64,000 bases of DNA from assembly GCA_964596525.1 (NCBI GenBank), contig CAZQUL010000001.1, positions 601,956 through 665,955 of the forward strand, read 5' to 3'. The notes beneath the pieces were generated by a model, which made no database searches, was not told the DNA's origin, and saw only the letters and a program-made list of their open reading frames with translations. Shown here in pieces: positions 45,741 to 55,301 of this stretch. The position numbers and the translations under genes were made by a program. Origin of the DNA: an uncultured Gammaproteobacteria bacterium. Its GTDB lineage: Bacteria > Patescibacteriota > Patescibacteriia > Magasanikbacterales > GWA2-37-8. Position 1 is the stretch's first letter. The number at the start of each line of letters is the position of its first letter.

Positions 45741-46271
45741 ATGGGATATTTCAATGATCGACATGGCGGCGGTTTTCGCGGTGGAAAAGGCGGGGGTTTC
45801 AAGAAGCGTTGGGATAACGATCGTCACGGACCGGGCAGTATGCATAAGGCTACCTGCGCCGAATGTGGTAAGGGGTGCGAGGTGCCCTTTCGTCCGACGG
45901 GTGATAGGCCCACCTATTGCTCGGATTGCTTTGCTAAGAAGCGCGGTGAAGGCGAATTTCCGCTTAAACCGAAACGTGAATTTTCGGATCGTCCATCATT
46001 CAAATCGGTTTCGGGAAGCGATGATCTTAAAAAACAGATCGGCGAATTGAGCGCCAAGATCGATCGTTTGGTAAGTACTGTTGAGCGTCTTGCGCGCGGT
46101 GGTCAGGGCACCTCAAAAGACGAAGAAAAGAAAGAGGATGCTAAAGCCGCTCCGCTGGCTGCCGTTAAAGAAAAAACCTTAAAAAAATCCGAAGTAAAGA
46201 CGGCTGGGGAAAAGACTGCTAAGTCTAAAGCGGCACCGGCCAAAAAAGTGGCTGCTAAGAAAAAGAAGTAA
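45741..46271 (+). CDS. CxxC-x17-CxxC zinc-ribbon protein with RGG-like N-terminus and Lys-rich tail
   Basis: 176 aa. CAECGKGCEVPFRPTGDRPTYCSDC has exactly 17 residues between the two CxxC pairs. The C-terminus is KAAPAKKVAAKKKK. Confidence 0.6.
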   Translation: MGYFNDRHGGGFRGGKGGGFKKRWDNDRHGPGSMHKATCAECGKGCEVPFRPTGDRPTYCSDCFAKKRGEGEFPLKPKREFSDRPSFKSVSGSDDLKKQIGELSAKIDRLVSTVERLARGGQGTSKDEEKKEDAKAAPLAAVKEKTLKKSEVKTAGEKTAKSKAAPAKKVAAKKKK

Positions 46272-46290
46272 GCCAATTTAGCTCCGTTTC

Positions 46291-46322
46291 AATAACCCTC
46301 ATAGTGGGGGTTATTGTTTTTT
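46291..46322 (+). terminator. Rho-independent terminator
   Basis: aataaccctc / gggggttatt stem (9 of 10 positions pair), then TTTTTT. Confidence 0.55.
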
Positions 46323-46379
46323 ACGCACTATTGACTCGTTGGTTTTTAACGTGGCAACAATTTTGGTACTATAGTTCAT

Positions 46380-47108
46380 ATGCTCAACAAGAAGAAGATT
46401 TTTATTGTCCTGATCGCCGTCGTAGCTTTGGTTGTAATCCTTTTGGTAGGGTTTTTCAAGATCAGCAAATCACGCACATTCCAGTTTTTCGACGGTTTAA
46501 CAAACCGAGTGGCGACCGTTGAAAAAGTCGTTGCGCTTACGTTTGATGACGCACCGTCATCTGTTAGCAACGACGTACTGACCCTGCTTCGTCAAAAAAA
46601 CGTACAAGCGACGTTCTATGCCATCGGCTCGAATATCGAGAAGTATCCTGAGGAAGCGAAAGCTATCGTGCGGGCAGGGCATGAGCTTGGTAATCATTCG
46701 TATTCGCACCCGCGGTTTTTACTCGTTTCATCGAAAAAAATAAAGAACGAGATCGAGACGACGAATGAACTTATCCGTTCGGCCGGTTTTGAAGGTGAGA
46801 TAACGTTCCGGCCGCCGTACGGCAAAAAGCTGTTCGGCCTACCGCGGTATCTGGCTAAAAATGACATTAGGACAGTCATGTGGGATGTCGAACCGGATAC
46901 ATATTTCCCGAACGACGCCGAAGAGATGGTGCGCCACACACTTCAAAATGTGCGTCCCGGTTCCATCATCTTGCTGCATCCGTTCTGTGGTGATGGGTGT
47001 AAAGCCGCCCGGGCGGCACTACCCGCGATTATCGATGGGTTGAAAGAGCGTGGCTACCGTTTTGTAACGGTTGGCCAACTGCTGAATGATTTCATCGGCA
47101 TGCCTTAA
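46380..47108 (+). CDS. Polysaccharide deacetylase (NodB-homology) with N-terminal TM anchor
   Basis: 242 aa with TFDDAP and HELGNHSYSH, the NodB motifs. Confidence 0.75.
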   Translation: MLNKKKIFIVLIAVVALVVILLVGFFKISKSRTFQFFDGLTNRVATVEKVVALTFDDAPSSVSNDVLTLLRQKNVQATFYAIGSNIEKYPEEAKAIVRAGHELGNHSYSHPRFLLVSSKKIKNEIETTNELIRSAGFEGEITFRPPYGKKLFGLPRYLAKNDIRTVMWDVEPDTYFPNDAEEMVRHTLQNVRPGSIILLHPFCGDGCKAARAALPAIIDGLKERGYRFVTVGQLLNDFIGMP

Positions 47109-47123
47109 TTTTTTTCTTACTAT

Positions 47124-47411
47124 ATGAACATGGAATATCCACATCCCACGCCTTCCGATAAGTCATCCGAAAAGCAGCGCCCCAAAGGCATGCTTGAAAA
47201 AATCAAGAAACCCGCGGAACGCCTGGCTCAAGCTGCGGCACTCGCGGCTGGTTTAGCAGTGGGTGTCGATACGGTGCGTCCAGATGCCAATGATTACACA
47301 GCTGAAGGTAAAGCCAAGCAAATCCAGGATATCCGTTCGCAAGAAGACGAGCGCCGCCGCAAAGAGAAATCCGGGGTAAAAAGCGGGGAAGGAAATTCCA
47401 CCGATATCTAG
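47124..47411 (+). CDS. Hypothetical small protein
   Basis: 95-aa ORF with an Ala-rich hydrophobic segment. Confidence 0.3.
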   Translation: MNMEYPHPTPSDKSSEKQRPKGMLEKIKKPAERLAQAAALAAGLAVGVDTVRPDANDYTAEGKAKQIQDIRSQEDERRRKEKSGVKSGEGNSTDI

Positions 47412-47437
47412 TTGAAATGAGTTTGTCTGCGTGTGCC

Positions 47438-47464
47438 AAAAACCGCCTCAGTGGGGTGGTTTTT
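47438..47464 (+). terminator. Rho-independent terminator
   Basis: aaaaaccgcc / ggtggtttt 9-bp stem with one G-U pair, 7-nt loop, then a T-run. Confidence 0.5.
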
Positions 47465-47578
47465 GAATTTAAAACGAATGCCTTTTTAAGGCATAACCGT
47501 TGACAAAAAAGAGTTTTTGTGGCAGGGTGAGGGCGGTTCCGTCTATCTCAATGATAACACTGCAAAGGAGTAAAGATC

Positions 47579-47965
47579 ATGGGTTGCCAAGCACCACGCG
47601 ACCTGAACGGAGACGATTTCGGCGTACCTGAGCTCAAGGAGAAAAACAAGAAGCTTAAGCGCGAGCTTGACCGTGTAACGCGACTCCTGTGTGCCTTGTG
47701 CACGAGAGCTGAAAACGAAGGAGTGGTGAGCATCTCGATTTTTGAAAAGATTAAAGGAATGCGAACCTGGTTTGCTCAGCACAAGCGCGCTGACGCCCGC
47801 CGAAAGCGGCTCGAAGAGAAGAAGCGGCGCGAAGCACTTACGCAAAAGGCAACACGCCGTGATTTTGAAGCGCAGGAGCTCGAGCGCGTCCTTGGCGGAC
47901 TCTCGCCGGATGATCGTAGGATCGTCGAGAAACGACTGCGTAGAACCTCCGCCAAAAAGAAGTAG
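47579..47965 (+). CDS. Hypothetical charged coiled-coil protein
   Basis: 128-aa ORF, Arg/Lys/Glu-rich. Confidence 0.3.
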   Translation: MGCQAPRDLNGDDFGVPELKEKNKKLKRELDRVTRLLCALCTRAENEGVVSISIFEKIKGMRTWFAQHKRADARRKRLEEKKRREALTQKATRRDFEAQELERVLGGLSPDDRRIVEKRLRRTSAKKK

Positions 47966-48067
47966 CGCCCGCTTCCCATTTTAAGCCCTGTAGCGTCCTC
48001 GGCGGCCAGGGCTTTTTTGATACTTCGTTTTCTGGTATCGTTTCAAAAACGAATCGCGTGTGTTTTT

Positions 48068-48733
48068 ATGAAATCAAACCTGCAATCGCTTTTTAATCAG
48101 TTCGACGCCTGTGAACGTTGCCGCCGTGAAAACAATCCGTTGCGTCACATCCTGGGCGGTGGTCGTACCGAGCGGCCGCGATTTCTATTTCTTTTCATCA
48201 ATCCGACGCACCAGAATAGTTCGAGTCATCCGGAGTATGGGGGAGAGCGGCGGTTTCCGTTTCTTGGTGTCAGGTATTTTTGGAAGCTTATGGCTAGGGC
48301 CGGCGTGGTAGATGAAAAGATCGTAGAAGATATTTACGAGCGCGGATGGCAGACTAAAGATGAACATGCCATCGAAGCGGAACTCATTAAACGGAGCATT
48401 TATATTACTAATCTCGTGAAATGCACGCAGCCGCATGCGGATAATCCCAGCAAAGAAATCGTAGCTGCGGATCTGCCGCTTTTATGGCGGGAAATTGAAC
48501 TCGTCAAACCAGATTATATCATCGCCTTCGGTAAGCTTCCGACCTCAGCTCTTACGGATCAAGATGTGACTCTTAGAGATTATTTCGCTGCTGCCGAGCA
48601 GGGGACGTACCAACCGCTTACGGCTGCTTATGGTGGAAAAGAATGGAAAGTGCTACCCTGCTACTTCCCCGTCGGTCGGGGTAATCCGCCGAAAGCCCTT
48701 GCCATCCTGAAGTATACTTTGAATACCTTTTAA
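48068..48733 (+). CDS. Uracil-DNA glycosylase superfamily protein (family-4-like)
   Basis: CERCRR near the N-terminus followed by ...FLFLFINP... resembles the UDG family 4 Fe-S/active-site region. ATG at 48068. Confidence 0.45.
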   Translation: MKSNLQSLFNQFDACERCRRENNPLRHILGGGRTERPRFLFLFINPTHQNSSSHPEYGGERRFPFLGVRYFWKLMARAGVVDEKIVEDIYERGWQTKDEHAIEAELIKRSIYITNLVKCTQPHADNPSKEIVAADLPLLWREIELVKPDYIIAFGKLPTSALTDQDVTLRDYFAAAEQGTYQPLTAAYGGKEWKVLPCYFPVGRGNPPKALAILKYTLNTF

Positions 48734-48743
48734 TCCTTTCGAT

Positions 48744-49166
48744 ATGTCATGTGAAGGTGGTTGTTTGTGCGGCACAATCCGCTACCGCTTAACCGGCGAA
48801 CCGGGTAAAGAAGGGGCGGGCTATTGCCATTGTCGCCGCTGTCAGCGATCGACCGGAGCTCCGGTTGGCGCCTGGGTTACGTTTCCCAAGAGCGCACTTG
48901 CGATTCTTGCTGGTGTGCCGAAAACCTTTGCGTCATCCGCCAAGGCAGTGCGCCAGTTTTGCCCGAACTGCGGCACGCAGCTCTTTTTCGCCTTTACCGA
49001 AGGCCCGGAGGATATCGATGTTTCGCTTGCGAGCCTCGATGATCCGGCAGTTTTTCCGCCCACATACCATATTTGGACGGGAAGCCAGATACCGTGGTTC
49101 ACCATTACGGATAACCTGCCGCGCTACGTCGATGACGGCCCGGATTTTACTCCCTACCAGCATTAA
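48744..49166 (+). CDS. GFA-family (CENP-V / glutathione-dependent formaldehyde-activating-like) zinc protein
   Basis: 140 aa. CLCG...YCHCRRCQ...CPNCG is the GFA Cys pattern. Confidence 0.6.
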   Translation: MSCEGGCLCGTIRYRLTGEPGKEGAGYCHCRRCQRSTGAPVGAWVTFPKSALAILAGVPKTFASSAKAVRQFCPNCGTQLFFAFTEGPEDIDVSLASLDDPAVFPPTYHIWTGSQIPWFTITDNLPRYVDDGPDFTPYQH

Positions 49167-49299
49167 AGAACGATTTGACAAATTTACTCAGCATGATAGA
49201 GTACTCCCATCTTGATGTAACCTAACGCAGGTTACCTTTCTTCCTGAAAAACCTCGTAGGGTTTCCTACTGAGGTTTTTCGTTTGTGGTGTTTTACCGT

Positions 49300-52014
49300 A
49301 TGAAAGACAAAATCACTATTAAAGGCGCGCGCGAGCATAATCTTAAGAATATCTCGCTCGAACTGCCGCGCAATAAAATGATCGTTTTTACGGGTTTGTC
49401 CGGTTCCGGCAAATCAAGTTTGGCGTTTGATACCATTTTTGCCGAAGGACAACGCCGCTACATCGAAAGCTTGTCGGCCTATGCGCGCCAGTTTTTGGGT
49501 GGTATGCAAAAACCTGATGTGGACGAGATCGAAGGGTTGTCACCGGCTATTTCTATCGATCAGAAAGCACATAGCGCCAACCCGCGCTCGACGGTGGCGA
49601 CTATCACCGAAATCTACGATTATCTGCGTGTTCTTTTTGCACGTGTCGGCCGGCCTTTTTGCCCGATGTGCGGCACCAAGATCGAGCGCATGACGATCGA
49701 CCAGATGCTCGAGACGATTACGAAGCAGCGCAAGCGCGTTCATAAAGAAGGTAAGAAAGTCGAAGAGATTCTCATTCTTTCGCCGGTCGTGCGCGGGCGC
49801 AAAGGGGAGTACTACCAGATGCTCTACGACATGTACAACGCTGGATATTTGGAAGTACGCGTCGACGGTGCGATGAAGAGTTTGCGCGATCGCATCGTAC
49901 TCTCTAAAAACAATAAGCATACTATCGAGATCGTTACTGATCGCATTCCGCTTATCACTGAAAGCGGCAAGAAAAACGATGCAGCCGATGAGCAGCGCCT
50001 CGCCGAAGCTGTGCGTGCGGCCGTAGATCTGGCCAACGGCTTGTGTTTGGTTATCTATCCGGATGGCACGGAAACGCTCTACAGTACCGAATATGCCTGC
50101 CCTAACGACGGCTTCAGTTTTCCGGAAATCGAACCGCGACTTTTTAGCTTCAACAGTCCTTATGGTTACTGCGAAGCCTGCACTGGTCTTGGCACCAAAG
50201 AACTCTTCAGCGAAGAAATCTGCGCGGTGTGCGAAGGTAAGCGCCTCAATAAAACCGCACTCAGCGTGCGCGTGACGGGTAAAAATATTTGGGAAGTGAC
50301 CAATTTTACCATCAGCGAAGCGCGCGAATTTTTCGCGAGCGCGGAACTCGACATGACCGAAAGCGAACGGGAAATTTCCACCGCGGTCTTTAAAGAAATC
50401 ACGAGTCGTCTGCAGTTCATGTTTAATGTCGGTTTGCACTACCTCACGCTTAGCCGCAAGGCTGGTACGCTCTCGGGTGGCGAAGCGCAGCGCATTCGGT
50501 TGGCATCCCAGGTGGGTACCCGACTTGTCGGCGCCCTCTATGTGCTCGATGAGCCGACCATCGGTCTGCATCAGCGCGACAACGACCAGCTCGTCAAAAC
50601 ACTCCGTAATCTCTGTGATGTGGGCAACACGATCATTGTCGTTGAGCATGATGAAGATACGATTTTGACGAGCGATTGGGTAGTGGATATCGGTCCGGGC
50701 GCGGGTAAGCACGGCGGCGATGTGGTGTATTCTGGTCCGCTCAAAGAATTGCTCGAGCCATCCGCCGAAAAGAAAACCGAAGACAAAGCCGTTTCTGCCA
50801 AGAAAACCTCACGAACTGTATCCGCCTCGGCGAGCGCTTTGGCGGTTAAAAATTCCATTACCAAAACCATACCCGCCGCTCTGCCGGTTTCTAAAACCGC
50901 CCGTACAGTATTCGATTGTACGGTTCAAGGTTCGGCCGAAGCATCCCTCACCGGCCAGTTTTTGCGCGGCGAGCAGAAAATCGCACTGCCCGAAAAACGT
51001 CGTAAAGTAGACGAAGCCACGCCGAAAATAAAAATCAAAGGGGCGGCCGAACACAACCTCAAAGATATCGATGTCACCATTCCGCTCCGCCGTCTCGTGT
51101 GTCTCACTGGTGTGTCGGGTTCGGGCAAGTCCACTCTCATGCATAGCATCCTCTACCAATCGCTTGCCAACAAGTTCAACCACACCAACCACCCGGTCGG
51201 CAAACACAAAGAAATCACGGGTACCGAATACATCGATAAAATGATCACGATCGACCAGTCGGCGATCGGCCGCACGTCGCGCTCCAACCCAGCTACGTAT
51301 ACCAAAGCGTTCGACTACATCCGCGATCTGTTCGCTGCTACGCCCGAAGCGAAAATCCGTGGGTTCAAAAACGGGATGTTCAGTTTCAACGTGCCGGGTG
51401 GGCGCTGCGAACACTGTGAGGGAAAAGGAGTCCTCGAAATTGAGATGCATTTCTTGCCGAGCGTGGAAATCCAGTGCGACGTGTGCCGTGGCAAACGTTT
51501 TACGAATGAAGTGTTGCAGGTTAACTATAAAGAAAAGAACATCGCCGACGTACTCGCCATGACCATCGAAGACGCCGAAGAATTTTTCCGCGATATCCCG
51601 ATGATCAGTGACAAACTCAAAGTGCTCAACCAGGTCGGTTTGGCGTATCTTACCCTCGGACAATCGGCCACCACGCTCTCGGGCGGCGAAGCGCAGCGCA
51701 TCAAACTGAGCCGCGAGCTGGCCAAACAGGGGACAAGCAAAACACTGTACCTCCTCGACGAACCGACGACCGGTTTGCACTACGAAGACGTGCGCAAACT
51801 CATCGACGTTATCCAGCGACTCGTATCGCAAGGCAATACCGTAATGGTCATCGAGCATAACCTAGATGTCATCAAATCCGCAGACTGGATCATTGATCTG
51901 GGCCCGGAAGGTGGCGACAAAGGGGGGCAGGTGATTGCGACCGGGACGCCGGAAACAGTCGCTAAAACCGCTGGGAGTTTTACGGGGCATTATTTGAAGC
52001 GCCTGTTAAAATGA
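49300..52014 (+). CDS. uvrA: Excinuclease ABC subunit A
   Basis: [12 protein letters not shown]...[14 protein letters not shown]..., two ABC ATPase modules (LSGGEAQRI twice) and zinc-finger Cys clusters. 905 aa from the ATG at 49300. Confidence 0.9.
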   Translation: MKDKITIKGAREHNLKNISLELPRNKMIVFTGLSGSGKSSLAFDTIFAEGQRRYIESLSAYARQFLGGMQKPDVDEIEGLSPAISIDQKAHSANPRSTVATITEIYDYLRVLFARVGRPFCPMCGTKIERMTIDQMLETITKQRKRVHKEGKKVEEILILSPVVRGRKGEYYQMLYDMYNAGYLEVRVDGAMKSLRDRIVLSKNNKHTIEIVTDRIPLITESGKKNDAADEQRLAEAVRAAVDLANGLCLVIYPDGTETLYSTEYACPNDGFSFPEIEPRLFSFNSPYGYCEACTGLGTKELFSEEICAVCEGKRLNKTALSVRVTGKNIWEVTNFTISEAREFFASAELDMTESEREISTAVFKEITSRLQFMFNVGLHYLTLSRKAGTLSGGEAQRIRLASQVGTRLVGALYVLDEPTIGLHQRDNDQLVKTLRNLCDVGNTIIVVEHDEDTILTSDWVVDIGPGAGKHGGDVVYSGPLKELLEPSAEKKTEDKAVSAKKTSRTVSASASALAVKNSITKTIPAALPVSKTARTVFDCTVQGSAEASLTGQFLRGEQKIALPEKRRKVDEATPKIKIKGAAEHNLKDIDVTIPLRRLVCLTGVSGSGKSTLMHSILYQSLANKFNHTNHPVGKHKEITGTEYIDKMITIDQSAIGRTSRSNPATYTKAFDYIRDLFAATPEAKIRGFKNGMFSFNVPGGRCEHCEGKGVLEIEMHFLPSVEIQCDVCRGKRFTNEVLQVNYKEKNIADVLAMTIEDAEEFFRDIPMISDKLKVLNQVGLAYLTLGQSATTLSGGEAQRIKLSRELAKQGTSKTLYLLDEPTTGLHYEDVRKLIDVIQRLVSQGNTVMVIEHNLDVIKSADWIIDLGPEGGDKGGQVIATGTPETVAKTAGSFTGHYLKRLLK

Positions 52015-52057
52015 AAAGCCTGCCCGTGGTCGGGTAGGCGGCGTTAAGCAGAAAGCT

Positions 52058-52468
52058 CTAGTTGTTAGCCTGGGTTCTGCGACGATTTCTTACGAACAAG
52101 CTCGCTAGCAGTCCGATCAGAATCCAGCTTCCGGATTTTTCGTGGTGGACGCCCGGGGTGGTTGAGCAGCTGCCCTCACTCGCTTGCTTGGCGCGTTGCT
52201 CAGCTGCTTGTGTTGCTGCGGATTTTGTCGGATTGTTTTTGACCCCCAAAAGATGAGTGTCACGTGCATTTCGATACTCTTCCCACGGTGTCGCTAATCG
52301 GGAAACGGGTTGGAAGATGGGGTCTGAATCTGGCACCGGAGTCGGCGGGCTGGCGGCCTCTTGGTTTTTTTCGGGTTGCTCTTGGGCCCGTGTGGCGTGG
52401 GGTGTTAGAAAAAGCGGAACTAGAAAAAGAATCATTCGTCGTTTCATGGTTTTGTGTCTCCTTGTCAC
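52058..52468 (-). CDS. Small secreted / membrane-anchored protein
   Basis: Signal peptide (MKRRMILFLVPLFLT), low-complexity middle and a C-terminal hydrophobic helix. The region carries overlapping antisense ORFs, so confidence is low. Confidence 0.3.
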   Translation of the reverse strand: MTRRHKTMKRRMILFLVPLFLTPHATRAQEQPEKNQEAASPPTPVPDSDPIFQPVSRLATPWEEYRNARDTHLLGVKNNPTKSAATQAAEQRAKQASEGSCSTTPGVHHEKSGSWILIGLLASLFVRNRRRTQANN

Positions 52469-52607
52469 CCGACATAAGCAGTTTTCTCCCGGTTGGAGAG
52501 ATTGTCAAGGTTTTTTGTATAAAAAACCGCTTAATGCCGAGTAGCGGGTAAGCGGGTTTTAAGTAGATAAGATGCGGGATGTGTTGCTGCTGGTAGAAGC
52601 GGCGCTC

Positions 52608-52955
52608 TTACACAACAGGTTTATTTTTACGGTGCAAGAGATGATAGGCGGTGAGCGCGCTGGCAAAAATAAGCAGGGCAGAATTCGACGAGTGCTTTAC
52701 ACCCCCTCCAGGAACTGCGGCGCAGCTCGGACGGGAATCTTCGGCAGCACTCGCCGCCCGATCTTCTTGGTTCCAGCGGGCAATAGCTTCCTTTCCACTC
52801 CGAACCCACGGTTGCGTTTCTGGGGGTCTGCTCTGCGGTGCAGTTTCGCGTGATTGGGATGCGGTTGGAACGCTTTGATTTGTTTCCGGTTCTTCCGCCC
52901 GTGCACCGTTTTCCAAGCTAATTGCAAAGAGTAAGGCAAGGAACGTTCGTGCCAT
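52608..52955 (-). CDS. Small secreted / membrane-anchored protein (same architecture as 52058-52468)
   Basis: Signal peptide MARTFLALLFAISL..., Pro/Gln/Ser-rich middle, and a C-terminal TM helix. Confidence 0.3.
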   Translation of the reverse strand: MARTFLALLFAISLENGARAEEPETNQSVPTASQSRETAPQSRPPETQPWVRSGKEAIARWNQEDRAASAAEDSRPSCAAVPGGGVKHSSNSALLIFASALTAYHLLHRKNKPVV

Positions 52956-53114
52956 GTAAAAGCCTCCGTAATGTATCCAGCGAACACATGATTATGTGTT
53001 TTTTTGTACTTGTCAAGATAAGCTGAAGAAAAAATAATTTGACGATAAACTAAAACGCCCGGAATCGTCCCGGGCGTTGTGTGTTCATTTTACCGAACCT
53101 TGCTTTAGACCTCG

Positions 53115-53768
53115 TTATTTCTTGAACATGAACGACTGGGCGATCGTCTGCATGGTGTTAAAGTTTTCGCCTGGTTTACTGGCTAGGTTCGTGATGGTCA
53201 CGATGTAAGCCTTGCCGTCTTTGATGGTGAAATATTGCGTGGTGCGCAGGTTGGTAGGATTCGGGGGGCGCGAAGTGGCGGTATAGATAATAAGGCGGGC
53301 AGGCTGTCCGCCGAGGGTCGAACTTTCGTTTTTGATAAGTTTATAATCAGTAAAGAATTCTTTGAGTTTTTCTTCCGAAACTTTGAAATAATCGGCGAGC
53401 GTTACCGACAGATCGTTGATATCCTCTACAACAACACTGACGTTTTCAGAAAACTGATCTTGGGCGTTTGAACGTGGTGAAAGGAAAGAGATGATGGGGT
53501 AGCTTGAGGTGGCGTTTTCGGCGGTTTTGATACTACCTTCGCGTACCTGCCAGTTTGTCGGAATGGCGATATTGATACCTAAATCGCGGTGGTGATACAC
53601 GTTCTTATCGCCCTGCGGGGTGAGTGTTGAAGCTGGCTCTGAACTCGTGGCGGTTGGCGTGGGCGTAACGATAGCAGTCGATGGTGTGTTCGAGCGGCAA
53701 CCGCCGCCGCCAATAACGAGGAGTAATCCTGCTGCTAAAATGCTCGTGCGGATGCGTGATGTGTTCAT
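53115..53768 (-). CDS. Putative lipoprotein
   Basis: 217 aa. Signal peptide ending LLLVIGGGGC. Confidence 0.5.
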   Translation of the reverse strand: MNTSRIRTSILAAGLLLVIGGGGCRSNTPSTAIVTPTPTATSSEPASTLTPQGDKNVYHHRDLGINIAIPTNWQVREGSIKTAENATSSYPIISFLSPRSNAQDQFSENVSVVVEDINDLSVTLADYFKVSEEKLKEFFTDYKLIKNESSTLGGQPARLIIYTATSRPPNPTNLRTTQYFTIKDGKAYIVTITNLASKPGENFNTMQTIAQSFMFKK

Positions 53769-53935
53769 ACCAAAATGAAGTTTAAGTCACGGGTAGTATA
53801 AGAGCGGCCCTTGCTCATTGTCAACCGACGAATGAGGTATGAAGAATTCGGCTGGTTAAGGTTGTTCACCATATGTATTGACTACCGCCGTCCTTTGCCG
53901 GCATGTACTGGTATAACCCTAGGCAGGAGAAGATC

Positions 53936-54541
53936 ATGCCCACCGCACATGAGAATCGCGCTGCGTTTATGGCCCGTATTGTTCCGCTCCACGCCCCATC
54001 GACGGTCCGCCGCATTATGGCTGCTTACGACCGCAGTAAAGAAAACCATCGCAGCCAGAAACGCAAGGGTGGTGAGCGCTATTTCGAGCATCCGCGTGGT
54101 GTCGCGCTTATCCTCATCGACGAGCTTGGGTGTATCGATGCTGACCTTATGTGCGCAGCGCTCTTGCACGACGTCCTCGAGGACGCCTGCCTCGTCGGCG
54201 CGCCCTTTACTGCCGAAGGTCTCGAAGAGCTTTTTGGCGAACGGGTGTGCCGTATCGTGGTGCGGCTCAGCAAAATCCCCAAAGAGGGCTATCACGATCG
54301 TTTAGCCAGATTCGGCACCTGGGAAGAGTTTATGGTCAAACTCTGCGACCAGCTGCACAACCTGCGCAGCATGGACAAGGGAACCACACCTGAGTGGCGT
54401 CGTAAGCAGCGCCTCGAAAGTCGCGAGGTATATGTGCCGCTGTTTGGGCAGCTTACCGATTTGGTGCCGCTGTGTTACCGCAAGCAGGTAGAATACGCGG
54501 TTCGAGAAGTCATCGAGCGCGTAGACCCATCTCTTCCGTAG
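53936..54541 (+). CDS. HD-domain (p)ppGpp-hydrolase-like protein (small alarmone hydrolase-like)
   Basis: aggaga SD precedes the ATG at 53936. ...RKGGERYFEHPRGVALIL...AALLHDVLED... is the RelA/SpoT-type HD motif. Confidence 0.6.
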   Translation: MPTAHENRAAFMARIVPLHAPSTVRRIMAAYDRSKENHRSQKRKGGERYFEHPRGVALILIDELGCIDADLMCAALLHDVLEDACLVGAPFTAEGLEELFGERVCRIVVRLSKIPKEGYHDRLARFGTWEEFMVKLCDQLHNLRSMDKGTTPEWRRKQRLESREVYVPLFGQLTDLVPLCYRKQVEYAVREVIERVDPSLP

Positions 54542-54599
54542 TTTCTTTCTATATCGGCAGTGTGCCGGTATTTTTGTTTCTGTTCGTTCGCTCCAAATC

Positions 54600-54628
54600 T
54601 TGACTTACGCCTGGTTTTTTGGTATAGA
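54600..54628 (+). promoter_or_regulatory. Sigma70-like promoter TTGACT-N17-TATAGA
   Basis: -35 at 54600-54605, 17-nt spacer, -10 at 54623-54628. A gggagg SD follows, and the GTG start is at 54653. Confidence 0.45.
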
Positions 54629-54652
54629 ATCGGCCACCAAGGGAGGTGTATA

Positions 54653-55249
54653 GTGAACCGAACTACACGTTATCCGATCCTGGGACTTCTTGCGGCCTTC
54701 GCTGGTGCGTGCACGCCGCTTCCCCCACAGCTCCGCATGGAACGCGAAGCGATCCGTTGGGTAGGTGCGGGAACAGGTGGGGCCGTTTCTTCTTCGACGC
54801 TAGCATCGCTTGATTGCCGGGCATGGTGCAAAACCGCTCCTGAGCCCGCGCGTGCAGCCTGCTTGCGCACCGTGGAAGAGCGTCTGCATCGCTTAGGCCG
54901 GTTCTACAACGAGCGGTTGCTGTATACGCAGACTGCGGCCTGGAGCTTTTGCCTCGCTGCCCACCAAGATGAGATGCTCGCGGCGGGTGTTAAGCTCGAG
55001 GAACCGGCAGGGGAATGCCGTGTCCGCGAACTCCTCGAATCCATTTCCGTTACGCGCGAACAGTGGATGCGCGAGTGTGGCGAAGCACCGTATGATCCAT
55101 ATAAATGCGACCGCGTTCCCGGGTTATCCCTAGGGAAAATGCAGTATTTGATGGTCCTGCCGGTCTACGATGGTCCGGGCTGCCCCGCGCCCATACCGCC
55201 CCGCGAGGCCGAGCGCCTCATTCCGCGCGAACTCCGCATTCTGGAGTAA
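54653..55249 (+). CDS. Putative Cys-rich lipoprotein
   Basis: GTG start after a gggagg SD. Signal peptide ends ...LLAAFAGAC. The mature protein is Cys-rich. Confidence 0.45.
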   Translation: MNRTTRYPILGLLAAFAGACTPLPPQLRMEREAIRWVGAGTGGAVSSSTLASLDCRAWCKTAPEPARAACLRTVEERLHRLGRFYNERLLYTQTAAWSFCLAAHQDEMLAAGVKLEEPAGECRVRELLESISVTREQWMRECGEAPYDPYKCDRVPGLSLGKMQYLMVLPVYDGPGCPAPIPPREAERLIPRELRILE

Positions 55250-55301
55250 ATCAAAACAGCCGCCTTCCCGGCGGCTTTTGCAATGGTATACTATCTGCAC
55301 T

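Noticed and set aside
49540-51858. Long antisense ORFs (390 and 349 aa) on the minus strand inside uvrA.
   Set aside because: uvrA on the plus strand has unambiguous ABC-ATPase motifs along its whole length. Long antisense ORFs are expected in GC-rich coding DNA.
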